Assembly (NCBI RefSeq): GCF_001194135.2
Contig: NC_068996.1
Coordinates: forward strand, 31,681,770-31,722,835
From: Octopus bimaculoides
Lineage: Eukaryota
Length of the DNA stretch: 41,066 bases
Reading direction: 5' to 3'
The translations under genes and the position numbers were made by a program. How positions within the stretch are numbered: the stretch's first letter is position 1; each line of letters begins with the position of its first letter. Of the stretch, positions 1 to 12,220 are shown in pieces. A model generated the notes under the pieces. The model had not been told where the DNA came from and ran no database searches. It saw only the letters and a list, made by a program, of their open reading frames with translations.

Positions 1-8
1 ATATATAT

Positions 9-598
9 GATGTTTGATCAATAAATATCCAGGCTGTTGCTATAAAAAGAAAACAACAGCACGTACCGATTTGGCATTTAATCTCCTTCAATACTTACAT
101 ACACACACATGCATGCACACATACATAAATACATACATACATATATACATACATACATATATGTGCATATACATGTATATATATATATATGAATAAGTAT
201 CAATAAACGCCTAATCCAGCGTTGTTTCCATTGATGGAAGCATTCCTAGAATTCGTTTTCTGAGATAAACAGCTGCTGCCTCGTCGCAATCTTCCTTTCA
301 AAGGGGATTTGATTTTTAGAAAGAGGAAAATGCAACTTTGCGTAGCCCTCTGAGCAGGTACCTCAAGCTTTTGTCACAATTTGATGCAAATTCTCTTGTC
401 AACTTTCCCTGTCATGGTCAATGTGACGTTCACAAGCTACACACATTCCTTCCAAACACTGCTGTAAGCAGCGGAAGTGAACGAGGGCGTTAAAACTTAG
501 TGTGCATGCAAGATCAATCTGTGTCAAGAGGCTTAACACTTTGTGCTTTAGCTTCTTTACTATGACAACAGTCTGGATACTTATTGATACTTATTTAT
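9..598 (-). mobile_element. Internally deleted mariner-type DNA transposon
   Basis: Left end GATCAATAAATATCCAGGCTGTTGCTATA resembles the reverse complement of the right end (..TATCAATAAGTATCCAGACTGTTGTCATAG). On the minus strand, 196-330 reads like a mariner C-terminus (FLFLKIKSPLKGR..ECFHQWKQRW). 335-598 aligns by eye with the right arm of the element at 32215-33066. A TACA/TA microsatellite sits at ~95-195. Confidence 0.6.
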
Positions 599-720
599 TG
601 ATACTTATTCATATATATATATATACATGTATATGCACATATATGTATGTATGTATATATGTATGTATGTATTTATGTATGTGTGCATGCATGTGTGTGT
701 ATGTAAGTATTGATATAAGT

Positions 721-1237
721 NNNNNNNNNNNNNNNNNNNNNNNNNNNNNNNNNNNNNNNNNNNNNNNNNNNNNNNNNNNNNNNNNNNNNNNNNNNNNNNN
801 NNNNNNNNNNNNNNNNNNNNNNNNNNNNNNNNNNNNNNNNNNNNNNNNNNNNNNNNNNNNNNNNNNNNNNNNNNNNNNNNNNNNNNNNNNNNNNNNNNNN
901 NNNNNNNNNNNNNNNNNNNNNNNNNNNNNNNNNNNNNNNNNNNNNNNNNNNNNNNNNNNNNNNNNNNNNNNNNNNNNNNNNNNNNNNNNNNNNNNNNNNN
1001 NNNNNNNNNNNNNNNNNNNNNNNNNNNNNNNNNNNNNNNNNNNNNNNNNNNNNNNNNNNNNNNNNNNNNNNNNNNNNNNNNNNNNNNNNNNNNNNNNNNN
1101 NNNNNNNNNNNNNNNNNNNNNNNNNNNNNNNNNNNNNNNNNNNNNNNNNNNNNNNNNNNNNNNNNNNNNNNNNNNNNNNNNNNNNNNNNNNNNNNNNNNN
1201 NNNNNNNNNNNNNNNNNNNNNNNNNNNNNNNNNNNNN
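721..1237. other. Assembly gap
   Basis: N run. Confidence 0.99.
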
Positions 1238-1654
1238 ATTTTTAGACTGGGGTCAAACGGTCAAATCCATTTAACCATGTTTTAAGTCTTTAGCAACACC
1301 AATTACAAAGAACTTGGGAGTGGTACTAAAAGATGGAGAGAAGTATTGACAGACAGAAACTGGGTGGGAGCTGTCTTCAATAATTCAAGTAATGCTATAT
1401 ATTCAAAATTAACCATACATGCTGGTTTTGTTGTTGCTATTGTTGCGACTACTGTTGTTATTGTCACTTATTTTTTTTGTATTTTGACGCTACTTGCTTT
1501 CAGAAGTTAGTGGTCCTAAACTCCCTAGGGAATTTTATGCCAGCTTCATCACTTTTATTTATTTATTTATTTTATTTTTTGTTTTTGTTTTGAAACGAGA
1601 TCGAACTTAAGCATTTTATACCGATAGATTTTAGACACTTTTTTTCTGCAACTT

Positions 1655-1752
1655 GTAAGATTATGTAGAGGGTGCAAATTTTGATCTTGCACCCCCTGAA
1701 AATTCTAGGGGGTGCGGGTGCACCCGCTGCACCCCCTGTTCCCGGGCTCTTG
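1655..1752. repeat. GC-rich island of short inverted repeats, probably the terminus of a DNA transposon or MITE
   Basis: Repeated GGGTGC/GCACCC motifs in both orientations within AT-rich DNA. The matching opposite end was not found. Confidence 0.35.
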
Positions 1753-2404
1753 TATACGCTTGTCCACACACACTTGCACACATATTAATACGCTACATTA
1801 TCCGATTTTTGTTTTTATTAAGACCAAATATCACATCAACATAATCTTTATCTCATTCTTTCCCAATAATTTCTCTATTTGTGTTTACTTGTTTAACCTT
1901 AAAGATTTTACAGAAATTAGGAAATGAAGTTTATTTCAGAAATTCTTTCTCCTGAAATGACAACATTGTATTAGAAGGAGATAAAATACGGTAACCTGCT
2001 TTTCAGGCTTTCAACTTTTACCATCTTACACTGTATACTATTTAGCATTGCCTCTTAATCATATTTTCTCCTGTTATTCAGTTCGCAAGGATTTCTAAAT
2101 ATCTGTCTCCTTCTATGCAAGTATGTACACAAGTTGTATATATGCTTCTCTTTCACCTCTTTCTATCTTCACTCCATCTCACTCCATCCCTCCCCTTCAC
2201 TCTCTGTCTCCCTACACATGTGTGTGTATATATAGGCACATGTATATATTATGTATGTATATTATAGAACTATATTATACATGTATGCGTGTATGTATAT
2301 ATATATGTACATGTACTCATGCACATATATACTTATATGTACGCTTCTATGTGAATATATATATATATATATATATATATTACACACACGCTCACACACA
2401 CATG

Positions 2405-2763
2405 NNNNNNNNNNNNNNNNNNNNNNNNNNNNNNNNNNNNNNNNNNNNNNNNNNNNNNNNNNNNNNNNNNNNNNNNNNNNNNNNNNNNNNNNNNNNNNNN
2501 NNNNNNNNNNNNNNNNNNNNNNNNNNNNNNNNNNNNNNNNNNNNNNNNNNNNNNNNNNNNNNNNNNNNNNNNNNNNNNNNNNNNNNNNNNNNNNNNNNNN
2601 NNNNNNNNNNNNNNNNNNNNNNNNNNNNNNNNNNNNNNNNNNNNNNNNNNNNNNNNNNNNNNNNNNNNNNNNNNNNNNNNNNNNNNNNNNNNNNNNNNNN
2701 NNNNNNNNNNNNNNNNNNNNNNNNNNNNNNNNNNNNNNNNNNNNNNNNNNNNNNNNNNNNNNN
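2405..2763. other. Assembly gap flanked by (CA)n and (TG)n
   Basis: N run; (TG)n at 2764-2816. Confidence 0.99.
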
Positions 2764-2818
<55 letters not shown>

Positions 2819-3586
2819 CACAACTAAATAGACACATTCAAGTATCACTGCTACGTATATTATTTGGAATTATTTGAAATTAGACCAAAACTAGTGTAGA
2901 CATTAAATGTAATGTATTATTTTCGAGAACTACAGGACCTTGATATGTATAAGCCTTTTTATGACGACCATACACCTATTTTCAAGGACTGAAAATTTAG
3001 ATAGTGATCGACAAGTAATATTAATTAAAACAGTTGTTACCAAATGTGTACCTGAATACAGAAGGATGTCATTATAATTGTACCACGATTTTGTTCGTTA
3101 TAATAATTTTTAGTTAATAATTTAAGTCTTGCTTTTCGGCTGTTTGATTTAAGATATATGTTACGTTTCATACGAAGCCTTACATTCAGGTAATGGCCAC
3201 TGGTTTAAGGTTGTATATCCACCATAAAAATGGCCATTCAAAGCTCATGTACATATCTACCTTCAGTATGTATAAATTACCACCAATCTAAAATTTACAA
3301 TTAAATCTTCCAAGACGCCAATGAATTTTTCTGCATCATCAACTTCAGATTGTAACAGATTCTATTTTCCTGAATATCCCGAGTATACCATAAGTATTCA
3401 AAATTCATCATTTCTGACTCATCTCTTCAACAAAACTTGAAAACGTTAACCGTATTAACCTCAAAGTATTAATTTTACATATCAGCCACTAGGTGAACAC
3501 ATTATCCAAGCTGAGGTTATACTGATATTTATTTTATCGACCCGGAAGAGCAAAATGCAATGCAGCTGAAACTCGTTGCTTAGTGC

Positions 3587-3692
<106 letters not shown>

Positions 3693-4279
3693 TTAAATTT
3701 AAAATAGGGCACGTTAAAAAATGAAATGTGTTGACAATCATCTGGAAATCTAAATTTACAATTCAGAGTAAGAATATTAAATACAAATTAGACGCGGTTA
3801 CAAGGATTCCGTCTTCATAACATTGCCCTCCCCACGGAAAATGTGGTTATTCGCAATTTTCAACCGAAAGGCAACAAGCATAGTCATCATCTAAGTGAGG
3901 GAATGTGCTAGTCAGTTCCAGTATCGCTAGAGATAAGAGTCAAAACAATTCTTAGCCACGTGAGAGAACTTTTCTAATGACTGACAAGGGAAACATACTC
4001 CCTTCGGCAAGCAAGTCATATCAGCGCTGATTTCCGATTTAATCAATCTTCATCAGTGACCCATTACTCCGTCGCCGAGGGTTAAAGAACTTAATTCACC
4101 CTGTCAGTCTTACAGATAACACCATAGGAAACATTGACTGATTTCGAAAATGGTGAAGTGAGAATTATAAATTATTAAGGTGGCCGTTCATAATTTAGAA
4201 CCAATAGGCAACAAGTATAATCGTCACTAAAGCATTGACTAGCACTCACCGTCACTTTAGTCACGATTACACCATATAT

Positions 4280-4298
4280 GTGTCTGTGTGTGTGTATG

Positions 4299-4332
<34 letters not shown>

Positions 4333-4342
4333 TGTATGTATG

Positions 4343-4407
<65 letters not shown>

Positions 4408-4472
4408 GTCTATCTGCCCTTCTGTCTAGCTACCTGTCTGTCTGTCTGTTTAGCTACCTGTCTATCTATCTA
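4280..4472. repeat. Compound (TATG)n(TATC)n(TGTC)n microsatellite
   Basis: Direct reading. Confidence 0.95.
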
Positions 4473-4767
4473 NNNNNNNNNNNNNNNNNNNNNNNNNNNN
4501 NNNNNNNNNNNNNNNNNNNNNNNNNNNNNNNNNNNNNNNNNNNNNNNNNNNNNNNNNNNNNNNNNNNNNNNNNNNNNNNNNNNNNNNNNNNNNNNNNNNN
4601 NNNNNNNNNNNNNNNNNNNNNNNNNNNNNNNNNNNNNNNNNNNNNNNNNNNNNNNNNNNNNNNNNNNNNNNNNNNNNNNNNNNNNNNNNNNNNNNNNNNN
4701 NNNNNNNNNNNNNNNNNNNNNNNNNNNNNNNNNNNNNNNNNNNNNNNNNNNNNNNNNNNNNNNNNNN
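4473..4767. other. Assembly gap
   Basis: N run. Confidence 0.99.
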
Positions 4768-5440
4768 ATATATATATATATATATAGCCAACAAAAGTTT
4801 CGTCTTTTGCCACTTTATAACAATTAAGTAGTTTATAATAGGATTCATAATTCCATGAAATGTATGTATGTTTGTATTTATGTATGTTTGTATGTTTGCT
4901 TGTATATATAAATTAACTCCGTTCTTGTGAGGTCTGTCAGCAGTTTGCACATTTTTTCATACTTTCAGCTATATCACCTTATTTAGTACATTTTCTTTAT
5001 ATGTATACTTCTTTATTTCATGTTTTTTTTTAACAGCAAACCCTTTAAAAAATACTTAGTATTTTAATATGTCTATTTTTTATCTTATACATAAGTGTGT
5101 TTAAGTGTATCACAAGTGAAATAATAGTGCCCATAGCCTTTTGCTGCCATACTTGACTAGATGGAAACACGAAAACAACAACGATAACAAAGTTTGCATG
5201 CAAGTTCAACCGAATTATATTATATATCTACATAGAAAATTTATAAAAATATATAAAAATATATAGAAACATATGTGGGATGCGAATACATGCAAGTATA
5301 CATTCAGACATACATTCATACATTCATATACACATACATATTCATGTATGTTTGCATGTATACATATATATATGTATGTATGTATATATAAATACACACA
5401 TATACATGAGTGTATATGCAAATAGAACGTATATGTGTAT

Positions 5441-5481
<41 letters not shown>

Positions 5482-5549
5482 TATATATATTTATAACACA
5501 TACATACATATATATACATAAATGTTTATGTATGTATAAATATATATAT

Positions 5550-5870
5550 NNNNNNNNNNNNNNNNNNNNNNNNNNNNNNNNNNNNNNNNNNNNNNNNNNN
5601 NNNNNNNNNNNNNNNNNNNNNNNNNNNNNNNNNNNNNNNNNNNNNNNNNNNNNNNNNNNNNNNNNNNNNNNNNNNNNNNNNNNNNNNNNNNNNNNNNNNN
5701 NNNNNNNNNNNNNNNNNNNNNNNNNNNNNNNNNNNNNNNNNNNNNNNNNNNNNNNNNNNNNNNNNNNNNNNNNNNNNNNNNNNNNNNNNNNNNNNNNNNN
5801 NNNNNNNNNNNNNNNNNNNNNNNNNNNNNNNNNNNNNNNNNNNNNNNNNNNNNNNNNNNNNNNNNNNNNT
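5550..5870. other. Assembly gap
   Basis: N run; the same TA-rich ~40-mer occurs on both sides. Confidence 0.99.
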
Positions 5871-6741
5871 ATATATATATATATAAATATATATATATTT
5901 ATAACACATACATACATATATTGATGTTAAATATGTCTCTGTGTGTGCGTGTGTCGATGCGTGCACATGTGAGTGTTTTCATGTGTGTTTGTTTTGTATT
6001 CGAATTAAAATATTTGCTTTCTTCTCAAAAACAACAGTTAAACGTTATTATTAAATCTATTTTTTAAAAAAAGGAGAGAGATAGAGAGGGAGGAAGAAAA
6101 AGAAATCTCTACAGAGACTAAATAATGAATTCTGAAAATTTAAAATAAAGCAATAGATAAATAAGATATATAATCAAAACATAAATTAAGAATGTAAAAG
6201 TAAAAGAAAAACTAATAAATAAAAATAAAAATACATCTTCCTCTTCTTTTCCCACACTCGATGAACGTTTAATCTTTGAGGACTTAAAATATTAGATTTC
6301 CGCTTTTTGGTTTTCTTGTTTGCTTTACAAATGTTTTACAACAATGGTATTCTGATTTTTTCCCATGTTTCTTGTTTCTTGTGTGTTTTTTTTTTAAATA
6401 GAAAATTCAAAGGAAACAGTGGAAAAGAAGAAAAAATTATGAACAAAGAAAACACAATCGAAACAAAACATGCAGACACGCAGATACGTATACATACGTG
6501 CACACATGCATATAAAAATATAGGTATTCCTGTGTGCATGTGTACGAATACAAAATACAAACATCTACAGAGATGCATACAGGCAACACTTAGAGTGATA
6601 AGCGAATATACATACATACATACATACACGCATACATAATGTATACACATAATGTACATACATAAACACATACATACATACATACATACATACATGCATG
6701 CATACATACATATGCACGCACACATATATACGTATATACAT

Positions 6742-6786
<45 letters not shown>

Positions 6787-7190
6787 TTTATATCTAGGTT
6801 CATGCAAAAATGAACTCTAATATTTACCACACATACACTTGAATACACACTGAAATACACCCACACATTTACAGAATATATAAATGAAACAAATTTCATT
6901 AGAAAAAGTTACTGAATTTTTTTCTTTCCAAATGAAGACAAAACAAAAGAAAATAAGTTGAGCATTATCGTGAGAAGAAATAAGATTCTCTAACTTTGCA
7001 GCAGATCACAGATTTGAAGAGATGTTTACCGTTGTTGAAACCAGTATTTCTGGTATTAATCTAAGCGGCTACAAAAATATGTATTCGATCTTGACCGACT
7101 TGATTTGAACTCAAAATATACTATGTAAATTTCTAGCTTTAGCATAAGATCTGAAATTGTGTGTGAGGGCAGTTAATTAAATCGATCAGA

Positions 7191-7600
7191 GGCACAGGCG
7201 TGGCTATGTGGTAAGAAATTTGTTTCCGAAGCGGACGGTTTGGGGTTTAGTCTCAGTGCGTGGCACCTTGGGCAAGTGTTTTCTGCTCTGGTCTCGGGTC
7301 GACAAAAGCCGTGAGAATGGATTTAGTAGACAAAAGCTGAAGAGGCCCAGTGTATATGTGTGTATGTGTGTGTGTGTGCGCGCGCGTACGTGTGTGTGCG
7401 TGTGTTTGTGTTTGTTCCCCGCCTAGTTTGACATCTGGTATTGAATCTCCGTAACCTAGCGGTGCGGCTAAGTGGCCGATAAAATAAGTAACCTGCTTTA
7501 AAACAAAGTACAGAGGTCGATACGTTGGCTAAATTTCTTCAAGACGGTGACCTAACACGTCTGCAGCCAAATGGTTGAAACGAGTAAAAGAATAAAAGAG
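7191..7600 (+). mobile_element. tRNA-derived SINE, family 1, full-length and diverged
   Basis: Head GGCACAGGCGTGGCTATGTGGTAAG (A-box-like) with a degenerate B box, internal TA/TG tract, GATAAAATAAGTA core and AAAAGAATAAAAGAG tail. Colinear with 27041-27500. Confidence 0.85.
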
Positions 7601-8508
7601 TACAACAATAGTACTGGACGGAAGATAAAAGTCAAGTGATCTCTACTGAATTTGGAATCACAACGCGAAAGTTCGGAAAAATTACCACAAGTTGTTTTGA
7701 CTACCGTTTTTATGCACCTACAAACAACATAAGTACCTGTTCTCATTTAAAGAATACCCTAAGATCTGAAACATATACTGAATAATGTAGTCTTAGATCA
7801 TTAAAAAATGGATGGTCTTTGATAGAATGCCTTTGATAATAAATCTACACGAACTAGCAAATGTATTAGAAAACCAATAGAAGCAAAAAAAATGCCTAGC
7901 ATTTCGACATAATTGACCATAATATCGTCGTTGTCATAGTCGTCGTCGTCATCCTTTGCATCTTCCTTCTCCTACTACTACTACTATAGTGAGCGAGAGC
8001 GAGGTAACTGTGCCGTACGAACTTTTGTCACTTAAATCCAATGACTCACTAATGCCTTTCTGACAAGATGAGGCAAATCAGGGCAATAACCAATAGGTTC
8101 TTGCTATGAAGACATGTGGTTGGGCAGGTTATAATAATACACCTTGTATCTCCAAGCAATCTTCAAACTCTGAACACATGGCACGAGCAAAAATGAGAAG
8201 GTTGATGCGCTATTAATCTCTGACAAGTTGGAGTACTTTTTCTGGTTAACCGCACGTGGAGAAATAATAGGAAAATGAAAAAAAAGCCAGAATGCTGAAC
8301 TGGAAGCATAATTTAATAAAGATTTTTTCTAACCGGTTTTCATTGCGAAAAAGCAAATTATCAAGAAGAAGGAGAATGAAAATTTTTTTTTACAAAGAAG
8401 TACAAAATGAAGAAAATAATATATAAAACAATAATATATAAAAAAATAAATATACCCATACATTATATTGTCTTTGAGCTTTTGTAGTTCAATAGTAGTT
8501 CATGTATA

Positions 8509-9149
8509 NNNNNNNNNNNNNNNNNNNNNNNNNNNNNNNNNNNNNNNNNNNNNNNNNNNNNNNNNNNNNNNNNNNNNNNNNNNNNNNNNNNNNNNNNNNN
8601 NNNNNNNNNNNNNNNNNNNNNNNNNNNNNNNNNNNNNNNNNNNNNNNNNNNNNNNNNNNNNNNNNNNNNNNNNNNNNNNNNNNNNNNNNNNNNNNNNNNN
8701 NNNNNNNNNNNNNNNNNNNNNNNNNNNNNNNNNNNNNNNNNNNNNNNNNNNNNNNNNNNNNNNNNNNNNNNNNNNNNNNNNNNNNNNNNNNNNNNNNNNN
8801 NNNNNNNNNNNNNNNNNNNNNNNNNNNNNNNNNNNNNNNNNNNNNNNNNNNNNNNNNNNNNNNNNNNNNNNNNNNNNNNNNNNNNNNNNNNNNNNNNNNN
8901 NNNNNNNNNNNNNNNNNNNNNNNNNNNNNNNNNNNNNNNNNNNNNNNNNNNNNNNNNNNNNNNNNNNNNNNNNNNNNNNNNNNNNNNNNNNNNNNNNNNN
9001 NNNNNNNNNNNNNNNNNNNNNNNNNNNNNNNNNNNNNNNNNNNNNNNNNNNNNNNNNNNNNNNNNNNNNNNNNNNNNNNNNNNNNNNNNNNNNNNNNNNN
9101 NNNNNNNNNNNNNNNNNNNNNNNNNNNNNNNNNNNNNNNNNNNNNNNNN
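8509..9149. other. Assembly gap
   Basis: N run. Confidence 0.99.
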
Positions 9150-9500
9150 GGAACCATGTGGTTGGTAAGCAAGCTACTTACCACACAGCCACTCCTGCGG
9201 CCATGCTGGAGCACCGCCTTTAGTCGAACAAGTCAACCCCAGGACTTATTCTTTGGAAGCCTAGTACTCATTCTATCGTTCTCTTTTGCCGAACCGCTAA
9301 GTTACTGGGACATAAACAAACCAACATCAGTTATCAAGTGATGGTGGGGGACAAGCACAGACACACGAACTCACAGAAGCACACGCGCGCGCACACACGC
9401 ATATATGTATATATATGACAGGCTTCAAGGCTTTGGTCGGCCCGAGGCTATAGTAGAACTTGTTGGGAAGCAAGCTACTTACCACACAACCATTCCTGCG
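9150..9500 (-). mobile_element. Family 1 SINE head-to-tail dimer
   Basis: Minus strand: head at 9500-9460, body to ~9195, then a second head at 9199-9150 running into the gap. The first unit lacks its B box and the GTGAGTGGATTTGG segment. Confidence 0.8.
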
Positions 9501-9504
9501 CTTG

Positions 9505-9505
9505 T

Positions 9506-9575
<70 letters not shown>

Positions 9576-9620
9576 CTCTCTCTCTCTATATATATATATA
9601 TGTATGTATACATACATACT
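9505..9620. repeat. (TATC)n(TC)n(TA)n microsatellite
   Basis: Direct reading. Confidence 0.9.
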
Positions 9621-9659
9621 CTGTACATTAAATTATATATATAAATGTATTGGTAATAT

Positions 9660-9777
9660 ATATGCACACACATGCTACGCGCAAAGACTTACGCAACACA
9701 CATAGACAATGAAAACTTTCGCCCACATACATACGCACACTATACACATTCATACTCTTTGGTCACTGCGATGCACA

Positions 9778-9815
<38 letters not shown>

Positions 9816-11185
9816 CACATGTTCACACGCCACGTGAAAAAGCACACATCAACTGCTACACACAACACACACACGTTACACACGCACACACACGCACGTC
9901 ATACTCACTTGCCCCCATTCATATATACACACTTACACACTCATACACACCACCCTCACATACACACACGCTTGCGCACCTCATCTTGTTGGGATCACCA
10001 TTATTATCTCCCTTTTATTCTACCTCTCTTTGTTATTATCTCCCTTTCATACTACCTCTTTTTGTCTAATCATTCGCCATGTTGGGCCGCTGAACCCTAG
10101 ACGTTTTTTTTTCCTTCTCTATTTCTTTCTATTTCCATCTGTCGAAGAGCGTATGCTCGAAACGTAAAAGACTTTTCCATTTTCCCGGGCGTCAAACTAA
10201 TACACTTGCTTGCTGTTCCTATACCTGTCTTCGTCTTTTGTTTTTCTATAAATTTCAACTATATATCATGCTGACGTGGTTACCACAGTTTGATCCTGAC
10301 TGAACTTCCTATTCTCTTGGACTTGCATATCTTAACTACTTCCAGGCCTTTCAACACCTTTCCTCATCCATACTCCAGCACTACACTAAGATTACCACTG
10401 GATGTTCATAATCTTTTGGGTTGTACCTTTACGGATCTCACTGTCTATTTTCATTGATGTAAATTGCTCTAATTTATCACTACTTTTGAACTTTTTGAAT
10501 TTTCGTACGTTAATAGTTTGCCAGTCTCTCCCTTTTTACTTTTCTTGCTTTTTCTTTTTCTCTTTTTCCTTTTGTCCCTTTCTTCTCCTTTTTTCCTTTC
10601 TTCTCCTTTTTTCTCGTTTCTCCTAATTATAAATCCTTCCAGTCCACCTTCACCAACAACTAAAAACACACCTGTCCACGCTCCTTTTCACTGCTTTCAA
10701 CCCTCTATTAATCTTTCCCTACGAGTTTTCAAAAAAAAAAACATGTTTCTGTAGCCATGCTTCCTTTCTCAGTCATTGCCTACACCATCACCTCATTCCC
10801 AAAGGTTTTCGCCTCCATTTCCACCCTATTTCCATTCTGCCTCTGCCATCATACCCATACTCCGCACCACTTCCTACTGCCTTATGCGTGCCACCATTCG
10901 TTCTAATCTCTTCAAATACGCACCCTCGATCGCCTTCTCCCTCTCGCTTATCCCACCTGTTTTTCCTGCTGCTCACTATCCATTGCACATTCTACTTTAC
11001 GCTTTATCCTCCATCTAAACCACATTTTCCACGACCTACTGGATCGCACTAAACAACATAAACTCTTTCATTTTGTTCCACCCGGTGCTACTACACCCCT
11101 CCCACCCTGATCCACTTCCCTTCATGCTTACTCACACCCTTCCATTACTCCAACCCTCCTACCCACCACTTCCACCTCTTCCACC
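9660..11185 (+). mobile_element. Penelope-like element, 5' part: terminal repeat (~9660-10265) plus decayed ORF N-terminus
   Basis: 9690-10165 is a direct repeat of 16745-17235. At ~10747 the sequence translates FCSHASFLSHCLHHHLIPKGFRLHFHP, then CLMRATIRS and FHDLLDRTKQHKL, which resemble the N-terminal region of Penelope-type ORFs. Confidence 0.75.
10135..10170 (+). ncRNA. Minimal hammerhead-ribozyme-like motif with a variant core
   Basis: CTGTCGA-A-GAGC(GTAT)GCTC-GAAACGTA-AAAG: perfect 4-bp stem II, GAAA box, palindromic ACGT in place of stem III, GUA triplet. Core A6 is replaced by T. Confidence 0.45.
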
Positions 11186-11241
11186 TCAGCAGGTTTAAAA
11201 TATTTTATCCTTGGAAGGATAAAATATTTTAAACCTGCTGA
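11186..11241. repeat. Perfect 27-bp inverted repeat with a 2-nt spacer
   Basis: TCAGCAGGTTTAAAATATTTTATCCTT-GG-AAGGATAAAATATTTTAAACCTGCTGA. Confidence 0.97.
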
Positions 11242-11479
11242 CAGTGAAACTGACGTTCGCTTTGCATAAGTCGGAGAGGAGGAGTGGAAGGAGAAACTCC
11301 TCCAAGAACGCATAAGAGACAATTATATAAAAGACGTTACCCAAGAGGTGATAGCAGGCAAACTAATCTTCAGCCCGGCAGTCACACCAACCCAGAGCCC
11401 GGTGGCAACGCCGGTGAAAAGCCCAGCAGCTACGGGGAATGGGGTCGAGATGGAAACAGGCTTGTTTCCCGAACGACCT

Positions 11480-12220
11480 CAGGACACATAGAATAAACGT
11501 GGTTATTACAACCGAAACGTGGTTATTACAACCGAGTCCAAGATGAGCGGACTTCAAGCGTTCTCACCTCTTCTGAATGGTTACGAGAAATTTATTTCTC
11601 CTAGCGGGAGAAGAGGTGCGGGCGTGGCAGTCCTTACCAGGAAAAGCTTGGACTTACAGGTAAGTACTTTTTTTCTTGACGCAGAAGGTAGGCTGGTTGT
11701 CCTGGGTGTAACCCACGTGAGTAAGCAGTTCTTCAGGTTGGTAGCTGTCTACGCTTCTAATGAGCGTGGGCAGTCGGTTTTCTTTCGAGACCTGGAGCAC
11801 TTTCTAATGACGTCAAAAACGGTAGTTCTGGTAGGGGACTTTAACACTATCCTCGATGCGCGGGTCGATAGTGTTGGCTCAACCGATAGGAAAGGGAATC
11901 CTAGCCTCAGAAGTATACTAGAAAACTTTAATCTTGTAGACCGTTACCGATTGGATGAGCCGCGCCTTCCACATTGGACGTGGAGTAACAATGACGGCTC
12001 ACGTAGATCATACTTAGGGTATTCGTTAGGGAAAGAGATAAGAATATCTTTTTGTATTGTGCCTTACACGGATCACAAGTATGTGACGTGTGAGGTACAA
12101 ATGCCATAGACAGGGACCCGGGAACTGGAAGATGAACAAGTCTATTTTAATTTGTGAAACCTTTCGTACCCGGATTAAGGTGTTAGTACAGAGGGCATTA
12201 TGTGGCACCATCATTAATAA
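11480..12220 (+). pseudogene. Tx1 ORF2 APE endonuclease domain, frameshifted
   Basis: Motifs INVVITTESK, GAGVAVL, EGRLVVL, RLVAVYAS, VLVGDFN, LVDRYR, WTWSN, YTDHKYV and GNWKMNKSIL. A perfect 20-bp tandem duplication lies at 11495-11514/11515-11534, and there is a frameshift near 12105. Confidence 0.9.

Noticed and set aside
3270-3380. Minus-strand open stretch NLLQSEVDDAEKFIGVLEDLI with a possible GT donor
   Set aside because: No polypyrimidine acceptor, flanking stops, and no recognisable motif
5470-5922. Identical ~40-bp TA-rich sequence on both sides of the 5550-5870 gap
   Set aside because: Most likely overlapping contig ends rather than a real duplication
7030-7190. Very degenerate family 2 SINE-like sequence (also ~7620-7720)
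   Set aside because: Too diverged to set boundaries by eye
7990-8330. Higher-complexity block that may be another repeat family
   Set aside because: No second copy in the window and no recognisable motif or frame
9980-10065. ~30-bp subrepeats (CTCTTTGTTATTATCTCCCTTTCAT..) here and at 17065-17130, superficially CRISPR-like
   Set aside because: Tandem copies without unique spacers, inside a Penelope terminal repeat in eukaryotic DNA
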